Source: Anthoceros angustus
Lineage: Eukaryota > Plantae > Anthocerotophyta
NCBI GenBank assembly: GCA_010909165.1
Contig: MU008170.1
Location: 434,001 to 498,000, forward strand
Direction: 5' to 3'
DNA: 64,000 nt
Positions 46,136 through 59,490 of this stretch are shown piece after piece; positions within the stretch are counted from its first letter, which is position 1, and each line of letters opens with the position of its first letter. Made by a program: the position numbers and the translations under genes. A model generated the notes under the pieces. That model ran no database searches and was not told the DNA's origin. It worked only from the letters and a program-made list of their open reading frames with translations.

Positions 46136-47532
46136 CTAGCTGCGTGAGCTGAGTCCGTTTTGTTGTCCTGGTCTGGGACGGGAGAGGATGGCAGAAAGCC
46201 AGAGCCTGGCTGCTGTAAGTTGTTCTGCGGGTTGGTCTTCCATGGAGTACCATGTGCCCAACACGTTCACCACCTGCATCCAGGAAACGTGAACGTCAAA
46301 TCCACCGTTCATTCTGAAATTGCACGACATGAAGACAAGCTTCAGACTTGGATGACAACCTTGCCATTCTGATCCATCTCCAGCTTTAACTCTCCGGACA
46401 CTTTCAGGGCAGTGTTTCCTGTAGCCAGCTTGTCGGCGACTCTCGGCTCAAGGCAGATGGTCTCCACCGGTGCATCCTCCTTCTTGCCTGCCTCGTTTTC
46501 TTCGTCTTCTTCACCCTCTATTCTCAAAGCAGACTGCCTCTCATTCCACCATCCCACTAGTCCTAGTCTGTGCAAAGCATCCTCAAGGTCTTGCACAAGA
46601 TCCACAGTACACACACAGTACACCCAGCGCTTAACTGTAAATAAGTTTAAAGGACATTTGTCAGGTTCCAAGCTTAGATGCACTAAAGCAACATAGTGAA
46701 CAGACTTGACTGACTTACAGCGATGGCTCACTAGACTCTCGTAGTAGATCTCGTGCAGCTCAATAGTAGCACCACTTTCAGCAAGCAGCGTTACAAACTT
46801 TTCCAGGCTGCAACAGATGAATATGACAGTGAGACAGAGAATAATGGTGACAGCGGAGCAAAGGCAAGCAGATAGCAGGATTGTAATGCTTCCAAGGAAC
46901 CGGGAAAAAACCTTTCAATCCCACGGAAACAGAAGAAGGGATCTTGAAATTCTACCGCCTCACTGAACAGCCCTAACGCCGCATTACATCGCTGCTTCTC
47001 CTCTCCGGATTTCAACATAGGACCTGGAATCAGTTCCTTCAACGTATACAGCAGGACCTCCACGTGGTCCCTCATCGCCACATCTACACAGCGTCCATCC
47101 AAATCAGCCCTGTTCACCACTCGCACTATGCTTCTGCTGGACCGAAACTCTCACCTTCAGAGGCAATGGGAGGAGGAGGCACGTAACCGGGAGGCTCCTC
47201 CTCTTCCTCGATGATATGCAGATCCCCAAGGTACGCATCAAAATAACTTCCTGCAGCGCACAATAATCTTGAGGCAAGATTTACAAGTCGAAAGTTTGTT
47301 CCAAACACCTCCAGGACTGGCCTTGCTTGCCTGCTTCAGAATCGGAGTCTGCTGTCCAGCTCTCTGCTCTGTCGCTAGCTCTCTCAAATTCAGAAGACCA
47401 AGCCAAACGGCTCTGCCTTCTCGCAGAAGCCCAAATTCGCACCTGGGTTGGATCATTTCGGAAGACGGATGCAGAGGTAAGTGTGTTGGGAGGATTGCAG
47501 AGCAGCCTGCTGCTGGTAGCGGAAAGGATCAT
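46136..47532 (-). CDS. DUF2358/SnoaL (NTF2-fold)-like protein with a transit-like N-terminus, 6 exons
   Basis: Exons 47331-47532, 47155-47250, 46912-47083 and three more join in frame to the stop at 46136. The motifs LFSEAVEFQDPFFCFRG and GELKLEMDQNGKVVNVLGTW fit an NTF2-like pattern. The first intron needs a GC donor. Confidence 0.6.
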
Positions 47533-47752
47533 TGCTTGTACTATGGAGAAAAGCTAGTTCCTCTTTCCGTTTATTGCAAATACCACCGACTGAATTACAT
47601 AGGTACAGGCACATAGAATACTCGGTGTCCTACGGATGTGAGCCACGATCACAATATACACGATCACAAAGCTGAACTCGACAAAGAATGGATAGATATG
47701 CTACAACTGCAGACGTTACGTGAGCTGCAGCAACAAGGCAATGTGGTTGGTG

Positions 47753-50700
47753 TCAGTATTTCAAGTCCCCAGAGAAGAAGTCGACCTCCTGTGGCCCGCT
47801 CTGGCTCTCAGGCCATCTCTTCTCGTAATCATTCAGGTAGTAGTTGTACTGGGGTTCGGAAGCTGGATCATAATCCCTTGGTGGGGACTGGTAATCCCAG
47901 TCATCACCACTTACAGTGGGCTGGATAGGAGATTGTCCCCTGACGGTGGTGGCGTCTCTGGATGCTGTCTGCCGGTCAGCTTCCAGAGCAGCTGCCCTCT
48001 GCTCTGCTTCCATCTCTTCCTGTGCCGTGGCCTCGTCAACTTCAGTGAACTCAAATTTAACACGCTCTGCCATGACACACATTTGACAGACTTGAGATCT
48101 CTGCAGCCTGGCTTCCAGCAGGCGCTGTTGCATCGTCGCCATCTCTGTCCCATGCTTTCTCTTAACCTTCTCCAACTCTCTCTGCAGAGCGTCCACATCC
48201 TGCTCTGCTAGCAATGAGGCATCCTGAAGTAGAAGACAACATAATTGATCAGACCCCAATCTGTAAAACAAAAACAGGCAATTGTCAGGTCAAACCAATG
48301 GCAGGAAACTGGTGCGTACTTGTGCTATGCAGACGGCTTCTTCTGCTTCCTTCAGGCGAACCAGGAGCTCCCCTGCAGCTTGGACTGCATCGGCAGTATC
48401 TCGGAGCTGAGCCCGCAGGCCTTCCATCTCCTCTCTCATTGCCTGCTTTTCCTCCTCATGGTCTGCCACCATAGCTGCAAATCTCAAGGATTGTGTTTCC
48501 AGCCATTTCGACTCCAATTGGGTCACGCCAGCTCGTTTGGCCATCTTCTTCACGTCCGCAGCTCCGTCCCGAATCTTCCGATGCTTCGCCAATATGGAGA
48601 TGTGCTTTTCCTGAAGCTCTGCGTATTGGTCCAGAAGGCGAGCATGCCCCTCCATGGCCATCTGCAGGGCCTCTCTGACTTCGTCTGAGCACCTCCTCTC
48701 ACATTCTAGCTCATGCGTTCTCATCTCTGCTTGACGTCTGTAGGAATCAGCCTCCAAACGCAGCTCTTCTAAAACGGCTATCCAGTCGTTCTCTCGTTCT
48801 TCCCATTCCTTCCTGGCCTCTTCCAAACTGTCGACATCTTTGAAAAAGCTGCTCTCTTGCCCAATGTTCTGTTCGGGTACAGTCTTTTTGTCGTCCTCTT
48901 CGAAGAGGTCTTCGGAGACAACCATGGCCAATACGTCAGACTTTGCACCATCAAACCGTTTAGGATCTCCACACAGAACCAATCCGTTGGGTTCCGCAAT
49001 CGAGCCTCGCAGAGACACGGATTGCCTCAGTGACATGGATTGCCGTAAAGATATCGATTGCAGCATCATAGACCGTCGGCGGCTATCAACTGGTCTTGGT
49101 GGACCAGACTCCAGGAAGGACTGGAGCTGCTTGCGCAGCTGCCTGATTTCCTTTTGCATATCCTCCTTCTCACCCAAGTCAAAAAAATCACGATACTCTC
49201 TGAGTTCCTCCAGAATTCTTTGCTGCTCAATAGTTGAAAGTGTGACTTCGGGGTGATTGTCATATTTGTCCAGCAAAATCTGCAACGCACAAAAGACAAC
49301 TGGCTTCAGCTTGAAGTGTCTACAGGCTTGGTTTGAGAGGAGTTTTGTGGGAGAGTGTAAGCACCTGATACTCATGATTTAATGATCTCCATTCCTGATC
49401 CGAAAAAGCATCAGATGGCAGGACCCCGTCCATAAGACTCTCCAGCCTAGCTATCTTGTCCTCCCGACTTTGCTGGAGGATCGCATTGCACTCTCGTTCA
49501 TGCTTATATTGCCGGACCTGCCAAGAAAGCGTCAAGAGAATGAGCCCAAGCTGCTGCACATGGAAAAACAGATACTCTGCGCAGTTGGTTTGAGCAGATG
49601 GCGTACCAGTCGGTTAAGTTGCTCGATCTCAGCAGCTTGCTTTCTAACTTTCTCTTCGGCCACAGTTTCCCTTCTTATTGATCCCGCCAGCACAGCTTCA
49701 ACAGCCTGAAGGGGGATAGTCAGTATCTGCCCCAATTGAAATGCCGGAGCAAGTTCCTGTAAATCAATACTAGAAGAGGTACCTTGTTCAGCGGGACCTG
49801 AGGTTTCTGCCCAGGAGTGGGTGACTCCTCTATGGCCACCATCTGCCATTGAGATGAATCAATCATCGACGAGGCTTGAAGATCTTCACTATCAGGCGCA
49901 GCCGGAGAAGTTTGAACGGAAGTATGGACCAACTCAGTGCTCACAGGTTCAGCTTTTGGAGAACCAGGAGCAGCAGGCTCAACACCTACAGCTCCGTCAG
50001 CAAGCTCTGAAACCTCTGGAGCTGCAATAAACTCCTTCACAGGGGCTGTCTGTACACCCACGTCCACCATGACTGGTTTTTTCACTCTCATCTCCTGCCC
50101 TTGGAAAGAAAAGCTGACAGCACAAGACCGCCTGAGTGCAGAAGATGTATTCTTCCTCTCCAGAATCTCTGCTCCCCGGTGAAGACTTGCAGCAAGCCGT
50201 TCTGTGGGAGAAAGAGACGGCCAAAGTCTATCCATTGGTGACAATGGACTCTTCTGCACTTGAAGAGACCTCTGGAGCAAACTCGGACTCTTGCTTGCTG
50301 ACCTTTTCTTCTTAGACGAACCATCACTATCAAAGTCCTTGGGCAAGGGTGAAGCCTCATCCACAGCCGACAGCACACCATCACTATCCAGCCCTCCTGC
50401 ACACCAGCTCTGAAGGCTATTATCCTCAGCAAGTGACTGAAGACCAGCCTTTGACTTAAGGTGGGGAGACGCAGGAATGGTGGGGGAGATGAGGCTTAAA
50501 GGAGACTTCAAACTAGGCCGAGTTTGAGGGCTAAAGACAGTTCCAGGTCCCCCAAGATAGGAAGGCTCTTTAGAGAACTTCGGAGAATCACTCTGCATCG
50601 GCATCGGAAATGGTGACACCAGTTCTGGGGCAAATGTTGCCTCTTGGAACTCTTCGGGAACCGTGGATGGCAGTTCAGCAGAGTCATGTGACTCCACAAC

Positions 50701-53700
50701 CTCAGCGGTCTGTATGGCACAATCCTTATCCGGTGCTTCATTTTCCCTGCCCACCTTCCCACAATTTGCCGTCTCCCACCTCGTGAACACTGGTGAGTCA
50801 GTCTGCATGGGTGATCCCAATCTCCGGCTTTCAACAGATTCCTGGACATTGGGGCTGCCATAAATTGAGTGCTTCCTTGAGCAGCTGACGCTAGACATGA
50901 GACCAGTGTAGGAGTCGAATACACTGACACAATCATAATAGGCCTGACTCTCGTCGACTTTGCACCCCCGGCTTCTTCCTTGCAAGCCATGCTCTTCCAC
51001 CTCGTTGGCTTCCAATAGCTCCGGAATATCAGACACAGACACCGTCTCCTCAGGGATCTCTATCCCCTGCTCATCGCCGCCCTGCAAAACGACCTTATTA
51101 CCAAATGCATCGTCGGGTGGGGACTCAGTAGGCTGAGACGTCTCCACCGCAACTGTCGCCAGAGAAGACACTTCCTGCACGGCGGGAAGCAATTTATCCT
51201 CAGTGCTGCTCACTGATGAAACTCGATCGCCAACAGGGACAGCAGTCTTTCCAGAGAATTCCACGTCTAACTGGGACTCAACTGCCTGCAACATCTCCAC
51301 TGGAAACGACGAGAGAACGGCACCATCAGTAACCGTCCCAGGGGGAGCATCTACATTCCCGGACGCTGCTGTGAATCCATCACTGTCGCTCGCGACTGAC
51401 GGTGTACGTTCACACGAACCAAGTTCCTGTGGTTCCTCTGAGTCAGACGCCACAATGCTCTCCACTGCACCTGCGTCTTCATCGACAACGATACCAACAA
51501 CAACAACGGGACTTGCGTCCACATCCTCGACAAAAAAAGATCCGATTGAGGAGTCTGGAATTCCTGTACGCAAGTCATTGTCACCCTCCGTGCCAAGTTG
51601 GCACACATCGTCATCCAATTGCACTTCATTTGCTTGATCGAACTGCAAAGAAACCGCCACAAGTTGGGTAGCGACAGAGTCTGTTTTCCTGCCTGGCGCA
51701 TGAAGTCTGCTCTCAGCAACTTGAATCTTGTCAGTCAGTTCTACACCAGCATCCACATCCTCAACTAGGAACGAAGATGAAGCCGAGTCCGAGACTTCGC
51801 ACTCGGACACGACGGCGGAAGCCACACCTCCGAGAAATACTTCACAGCGGTTAGCCAAGTGATCTGATATGCCGGCCCTGGCCAAAGTTGTTTCCACTTC
51901 GCTACAATTACCTGCGACCTCAGTGAAGTTTCCAGAAACCGATGGCGTAAAGGTCACTGGAGGACTGCAAACACTCGCTGTGACTAACAATGCAGCACAA
52001 TCACCATGCTCCAGCTCCGCTAAGTCCTTGGCTCGGCCTACGCTGTCTGAGAGGTCCTTGAAATCTGCAGTGACCCCGACTAGAGCTGAGGATTGCTGTT
52101 CAGCTGGCAATTCAAATCCCTCGACCACAACTTCGGGAATCTCCAGTTCAGATGCAGAGTACGACCCGGCAACTCTGTCAACAAGAGCTCTTCTCTGTTC
52201 ATACGGAGAGTCCGACCCAAAATCAGTGACGGGACAAACTTGCGAAATCTTCAGTTCAGGTGGAGACTGCGATCCAGCAGCTCTGGAGCTCTCCTGTTCA
52301 CCGTGAGACGGCGACCCAGCACCTCTGTCAACCACAAGTTGGGAGATCTCTTGTTCACAAGGTGAAGAGTACGACCCAGCATCTCTGTCGACCACAGCTT
52401 CAAAGCTTTCCTGATCGAGTGAAGAGTACGGCCCAGCATCTCTGTCGACCACAGCTTCGGAGCTTTCCTGTTCAGATGAAGTCGGCGACCCTGTAGTTCT
52501 GTCCGCCACAGCTCCGACGACAGCAACAATTCGAGGACTCCCTACCCCATTTGCTGAGGTCTGGTCTCCCACACTGCAACTTTCTCTAACCTGAGTAGAC
52601 AACATTATCACGGTGTGAGACTCAGCGTCCTTCAAAAATTTGGAGTCAGCATCTGTATCAGCAACGTCTTGAAGGACAAGAGAAGTCTCGGGTCCACTTG
52701 CTGCGACTTCATCACATGCTTTGGTCGAAGCAGGCGGCGATGTCACTTCCCAATCGCCACTATCCTGCAGAGTTTGGACCAATGATGCAGTGCTCTCTGT
52801 CCGGAGGTCTAAGGGTCCCACAGATATTCGATGGTTGGGAAACACAAAATCAGAAGGATCCGTTGAAAACCTCCCATAATCACAGACCAGGTCTTCGAGA
52901 TCATCATTGTCACCCATGTGGTCCAATACAGGAATCCTTCGCATAGCCTGTTCGCGTGCTGATCCGAAAAGCACATCCTGGTTATCTGCTTCAGATCTCG
53001 ATGTCTGGTGGACTGATGAGCCAGACATATTCTGGTCGAAACTTGTATACAGTACAGGCCCCCCGACTGGTGAAGCTGACGGCGAATAGCTGTCAGGCTT
53101 TGCTTGCATTGTCTCCTCGACAAGTGACAGATCCTGGCTGAGAAAGCTAGCTACCGCTTTCTCCTCGACTGGTGAACCTGATAGCAGATCCTGGCAGACA
53201 GCAGGTGCTTGCACTTTCTCCTCGAATGGTGACCTTGACAGCACATACTGGCTGCAAGTGCTTGCTTGCGGGCTCTCCTCGACAAGTGAATCCGAAAGCA
53301 CATATTGGCCAACCGGTGACCCAGACAAGACATCCTTGATGTCAAGTGCTGTATGCACTGTTTTCTCAGGTGAAGACCCTGCAAAATCATCCTGGCTGTC
53401 AATCTTAGTTTCCACGATTTTCCCGACTCGTGATCCACAAAAGGCACATGCATGTACTGTCTCGCCCGCTGGTCTATCTGAGAACACATCCTGGCCAACG
53501 GATTTTAAAGCCAAATCCTGGGTGTCAGCGTGAGTCCGCAGATCCTGTTCTTCGCAGCAAGAGAACTGCATCGCCACTGCACAACTGACAGGAACCTTCT
53601 GGCCAGAAAATGCCACCTCATCTACGTCGGGCCCGCGGACAGTATTTTCCTCGATAGCAGCCTCTTCTTGGAGGTCTCCTAAAACAGTCTCCTCAAGCAT

Positions 53701-56700
53701 TACACCTGAAAGAGCTTCTTTAGCAGGCTCCTTCTCGGAGGAAAATGACAAGTCGTCTGAGTCGGCCTTGGTGACAATATTCACCTCGATAGCAGCCCCT
53801 TCTTGGAGATCTCCTGAAACAGTGTCTTCCAGAATTACACCTGAAAGAGCGTTCTTTGCAGGCTCCTTCTCGATGGAAAATGACAAGTCATCTGAGTCGG
53901 CCCTGGTGACAGTGTTGACCTCGATAACCGCCTCTTCTTGGAGCCCTCCTGAAACAGTGCCCTCCAGAAATACACCCGAAGAATCTTCCTTTGCAGCGTT
54001 CTTCACCTGTAAATAGGCCCTGGTGACAGTCTTCGCCTCGACAGCAGCCTCTGCTTGCAAGTCTCCCTTCACGGCTCCCTCAAGCATTATGCCGGAAGAA
54101 ACTTCCTTTGCAATCTCCTTCTCGGTGGAACATTCGTGTAAATCGGTCCTGGTGACAGTCTGCACCTCGATAGCAGCCTCTTCGGCGTCTCCTGGAACAG
54201 CCTCCTCCAGCATTAGACTTGATGCGACCTCCTTCATATACACCTTGGAGGAACATGCCACCTCGTCTGAATTCGGCCTGGTGAGAGTCTTCACTCCTAT
54301 GGGAGCCCCTGCGAAAAGCTGGCCAGACACACCTCCTACCAGAATAATACCTGAAGAAATTTCCTTCGCGGACAATTCTGCTGTGATAGAGCTATATTGA
54401 GTACTTTCAGCTAGAGCAGAGGTCTTTTCCGGTGACAATATCATGTCTTCGCTGCTGCTGGAACAAGTGCTCTTCCCAGAGAGCAGTTCTTCGTCGGTTG
54501 TTTGAACACAGGAATCTACTTTCTCGCCGTCAAGGCAATCCTCCTCGATCTCCATCTCTTCGTCGGAATCTGAATTGCCAAGGTCTGCTTTTGGAAACGC
54601 CATTGGGTGGCTTAAACTTAACCGCAACAAGTTGTAGCTCCGCCGTGCATTCCAGCCACTAGAGTATCCCCCAGTAGGTGAATTTTGAGGCATGTTCGAC
54701 TTCATCCTCATTAGCTCCTCCTGCCCACCAATAAACATGTTCAGCGACAGACTCTTCATAGAAATCTTCGGAGTGAATCTTACAGCTAATACTCACCTTC
54801 AGTTGCCGGATCTGTTCACGTAAGAGGTTAACATCGTTCGCAGTCTCCTCGTTGACGATGGCTTTGTTCTGTATTGCCTTTGCCCTCTTTGCAAATCGAA
54901 GTGTACTTAAGGTTTCACTTCTGCAGCTGACGAACAACTTCAGATGGTAAGCAACTCCATCATTTCGCAGACAAAGAGCACGGTCATTAGAAGGGACAGC
55001 ATAACTACCTGCTAGCTGTAGATATCGCACAAACCATAGCTAACTTAGCGTTTCCTCCCAGAGATTCCTGAAGCAAAAAAGTGAGACGGGAGTCTCGATA
55101 AGGGATGTGCCTTTGCTTGCCACTCTGAGCAACTTCAGCAAGAATGTTGATAACGTTCCTGCCAGGAGACAATTGGTTTCAGACCAGCACGCTATTCAAG
55201 GCTTGAATGCGTATCGGAAGCACAAGAATGCAGGTGGTGCATACCCAAGTTGGGACAAGGAGCGATTGATATTGCCAGCCTCCTTCAGACGGTCTCCTGC
55301 AGCACCCGTCTGCTTTTGACGTTCAGATCCAGCAAGGTCTACAAGATTCATCCTGCTTGTCCTTATGCTGCTTACGCCTTGTGCCAAGCTCTGAGCTCCA
55401 ACGTGACACAAACTAGTCAGGACATGAACCGAATGGAGAAGCGATGAGGTGAAATTGATAAAACACATACCTTGAACCGAGACTCAATCACACATGTGAA
55501 GACGCTGTGAGACCTTGAACTTTCACTGTTCATCATCGTAGATCCGACTCTTCTGTTCGCCAGTCCCTGAAGATGATGCATACATCTTGTGAATCAGCAG
55601 GACACCGTTGAGGCAACATTCCAGGAGGAAGCCATGGCAGAAGGTAATGATTGACCACCTTTAGAAGCAGTTGAGTTATGTCATCGACGCAGGATACGTA
55701 CTCCTCGGTCAAATTCTCCACATATAGTCCAGTCTTAACGTCCTCTCTGATCTGCACATCAGCAAAACTACCTTCAGTACTAGAAGTTCATCGAAGCCTC
55801 AACCGTAACAGTACACGTGTGTCACGTACCTGCAAATTCTTTTGCGAGGGCTCCAACAAATCGGTGATCTGTTCGTTGTAAATCTGACGTTAAAAACAAG
55901 CAGAAGGTTAGCAAAATGCTAAGATTTGCGATGATGCAGTTAAAGCTGCAAAGATGGCGACGAGCCTTTCATTATACCTCAAGAAACGAGCATCTGCATT
56001 GATACCGCAGCTGATCGTTCACATTCTTCAGCTCCTCCTGATCAATGCAAACTCAAGGTCTCAAACAACTTGGCATCATCGGCTACAGTGAAGTCCTCAA
56101 AACAGCTGAGATCCAAGATAACGATGAGAACAGCCTGGCACTGCACCTGTTGCATCCTGCTGAAGAGCTGGTCGAAAAGCCGTGGTGCTATACCCCTGTT
56201 TTCGTTTGGGGTTGGGTTGTTGCTGGAGGGGTCGTCTGTCGGTCCCCACATTGTATAGGTCTTCCCACTTCCGGTCTGTCGAGACAAAAAGATCCCACTA
56301 GTCAGTTTTACTGAAGCCGCTCCTTCAAATACTTCGACTGAGGATTGCATAGAATCGACCTGTCCATATGCGAAAATGGAGCTATTGAAGCCGGCAATGC
56401 AGTTCTCCACCATTGGAAGGCCCACCATTTGAAAAAGCGCTGACTGCACATCCCGACGAGAACTCCCACCCCTGAGTGACACCCCTTGAACCGTAACATG
56501 CCATAACCATGGGTACAACAATCTAAACCTACCTGGTTGGCTTCAGGTCCCGCAACGGCATCAAAGGTGAAAGTTTGATTAGCTAAGGAGATGGTTTGAG
56601 AGGAAAAATTGAAGGCCTCAATTTCTTCCTCCTGCTCTTCTCGGGAATTCAGGGGTCTCACCCTCACAACCACCTGCAAAAAAAGGACAGCCTAAGCATC

Positions 56701-57256
56701 CAAGCCAGATTCAAATCCTGTCAAAACCTACAAAAGTGAGCAAACAGAATACACTGAAAGAGATGCAAACCTTGACTCCAGTATCAGACGCGCTGCTTTC
56801 CATCACCGGCAAAGAAGCAGGAAATGCCGCGATCTGGTTCGATCCGGCCTCCGAAGTCCCTGCACCCTGCACGTCCCAGCTGAGCTTTCTTTTAGGGCCC
56901 GATTCCACCAAGGGGCCAGCACCCGGGTGAGCCCCTGCCTGGCCGGGAGACGGCCTGGCGGACGGCGGCTTGGGAGGAAGGGCCGGGCTGCCGCCGGGAT
57001 GCCCATTCCCCTGCGCCTTCTTGGAAGCCGACTTGAGGAGCGCAGGCGAGGCCGGCTCCAGAATGTTTCCCCGCACCAGGTTCACATTCTCCGGAGGCTG
57101 ATTCTCCCCGTACTGGCGGCCCTTCCTGGTGGGAGTTGTGGCCGCTGCTGCGCTCTTCTGCCGGAACGGGCCTGCCGAGAAAGGCTCCCTCTCCCTGTGT
57201 GGAGTATCGGCCGGGGAGGGAGCGGGCCGCCCGGCGCGGGGACGATGGGGCGGCAT
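47753..57256 (-). CDS. KIN12: Kinesin-12 (PAKRP1/KIN12A-B-like) motor protein, multi-exon
   Basis: Motor motifs VVVRVRP, AYGQ|[33 protein letters not shown] and [10 protein letters not shown]. Class-specific segments [19 protein letters not shown] and [36 protein letters not shown] at 57256 (MPPHRPR). Giant exon 49798-54720. Last exon ends GDLKY-stop at 47753. Confidence 0.93.
52120..54340 (-). repeat. Three degenerate coding repeat families in the kinesin giant exon (19-20 aa, ~20 aa, 39-45 aa)
   Basis: [18 protein letters not shown] at 57-60 bp spacing (~52120-52500). D(V/L)LSGSPVEE at ~53000-53500. [25 protein letters not shown] with anchors at 53651, 53786, 53921, 54038 and 54167. Confidence 0.85.
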
Positions 57257-57967
57257 CTCAGAGCGTCTCGCCGGCCTACCCGCGCCTGCTGCTGCTGCTG
57301 CCGCAGCGCAGGAACAGGAAGAGGGACAGGGCTGCAGTGGAGGCGGCCAGAGGGTGCATCCAGAGGGTTGAGCGCTCCGCAATGCCGCACCGCATTTGCA
57401 GCAGACCGAATGGGAGGAGGAAAATCCTGGACGAAGGACTCCGAAGACAGTACTACCTCAGACAGCAGCAGACGCAGAAGGCGTGGTGAAGGACACGAGA
57501 AGGAGGCGGGTGAATGAGAGCTTGAAGCAGGGAGACAGCCATCAAATTCCGCTGGCGTGCGCTGCCACAGCAACAGCAGAAAGAGCCGTTGGACATTCGG
57601 GGGTTTGAATGCAGAAGAACGCGCGTCTTTTTCCGCTTTTTTTCTCTTTCGTTTCTTTCAATATTCATGCTAACGGACTCCAACACTCTACATCAGACCT
57701 AGCTGATCCCGATCCATGTCGGAAGTCCCCACATATTAGCGTTCTAAGCGAACTCTTTGAAATATATTTTATCAATATGAAAATGTGTATCTTAGTATGG
57801 TGTATAAATCATGCAAAACTAATCTTCCACCCTGGTACGAAAGCAATTCTTCTAATATCACGATCCGAATTATAATTTATAGAAGAGTAACATATATAAG
57901 GTATAAAGTTTAGATAAAATAAATAGTGTATCCATTGCCCTCCAATGGGCACTCTTTCAAGGGCAAT

Positions 57968-58685
57968 CCTTCGCACGGCAACAACATCAACTGATGTATC
58001 TTCCTCTACCTAGTAGTTTGTAGGCTCTTCATTCTTCCTGCATATGCACATGACATTGTCGGCACAGTAGGTGACTATAGGGATGGAGCTTAGTTACTCT
58101 TTCTACCACAACCCTTACAGCTCCTTCACAAGGGCGATCCTTCGTATCGCAACAATATTAGGTGATGCATCCTCCTCTACCTAGTAGTTTGTAAGCCCTT
58201 GTTTGTACATATGACATTGTCGGTGCAGTAAGTGACTATAGAGGTGCAATTTAGTTGCTCTTTTTTACTGTGACTTTTAGAGATCTCCCTTGGATGTCTT
58301 CCGTTGGAAAGGCTCTCCCCATCATTTCCTTCGCACGGCAACAACATCAATTGATGTATCCACCTCTACCTAGTAGTTTGTAGGCTCTTCATTCTTCTTG
58401 CATATGCACATGACATTGTCGACAAAGTAGGTGACTACGGAGATTAGCTACTCTTTTCTACAACGACCCTTGCAGCTCCATCACAAGGGCGATCTTCGTA
58501 TCGCAACAATATTAGGTGATGCATCCTCCTCTACCTAGTAGTTTGTAAGCCCTTGTTTGTACATATGATATTGTCGGCGCAGTAAGTGACTATAGGGATG
58601 CAGTTTAGTTGCTCTTTTTAACTGTGACTTTCACAGATCTCCCTTGGATGTCTTCCGCTGGAAAGGCTCTCCCTATCATTTCTTC
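57968..58685. repeat. 360-bp dimeric tandem repeat (A-B-A-B of related ~170/190-bp monomers)
   Basis: Monomer starts cttcg near 57968, 58139, 58328 and 58494. All four share cctctacctagtagtttgta and atga(c/t)attgtcg. Confidence 0.9.
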
Positions 58686-59103
58686 CTTCAAAAATCAATA
58701 ATGAATACATAAGACTATTTCGTACTTCTCATGAAAATTTGTTATAAGCGATGACTTTATAATTAAAATTTTTCATAGAAAAATTATAAAATTAATTATA
58801 ACATAAACTAGAGGATTTCTTACGCTGAAAAGGCTCTCGCCAATGTTTCTTCCTGAAAAAATAAATCACAAATACATAAGAATAGTTTGTACTTCTCGTG
58901 AAGCTTTGTTATAAGGGATGCTTTTTTTAATTAATTATATAAAACTTTAAATTTAGTTATAATATAAACTAGATATGTAATCGAGTTTTCAAGTATTTAG
59001 AATCGAGAAAAGTGCTTTTAGAAGTCTATATATGTATGCCATAGGCCTAGTATATTTACATCTCTTTGCATTGATCATATCCTATCCCTTACCTATTCAA
59101 AAT

Positions 59104-59490
59104 ATGGCACGCTTCAATTTTTTTCTCATTTTTGTGTTTATCTCCTCTTTGGTACTATCCCTTGGGGTCAGCACCATATATGCTCTACGTATGCCGACTC
59201 CAACTCCAAAGTTATTGCAGTTTGCATCACAAACGCCAACTTCAGCTCCAACTCTCAAGTCATTGCAGCATGGAGCACAGACAACAGATGTTGCACCATC
59301 CAGTCAAGACAATTGTGATTTGCTTCACTCTTGCCCCACGAGCTTGACATGTTGCAATGGGACATGTGTGGACCTTTCTTCTGACAATGGAAACTGCGGA
59401 TCATGTGGATATAAATGCGGAGTATTGGGTAGAGATGGTTCATTTGTCACCCCTCCCATTTGCGTAGAAGGGAAATGCATCATGGATTGA
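59104..59490 (+). CDS. STIG1-like secreted cysteine-rich protein (128 aa)
   Basis: Signal peptide MARFNFFLIFVFISSLVLSLG, then CCNGTCVDLSSDNGNCGSCGYKC, the Stig1 signature CVDLxxDxxNCGxCGxxC. Confidence 0.8.
   Translation: MARFNFFLIFVFISSLVLSLGVSTIYALRMPTPTPKLLQFASQTPTSAPTLKSLQHGAQTTDVAPSSQDNCDLLHSCPTSLTCCNGTCVDLSSDNGNCGSCGYKCGVLGRDGSFVTPPICVEGKCIMD

Noticed and set aside
3155-57573. Numerous long antisense or alternative-frame ORFs over GC-rich genes and repeats (e.g. 45234-46253, 5039-5767, 56927-57517)
   Set aside because: Expected shadows of GC-rich coding DNA; low-complexity translations with no independent support.
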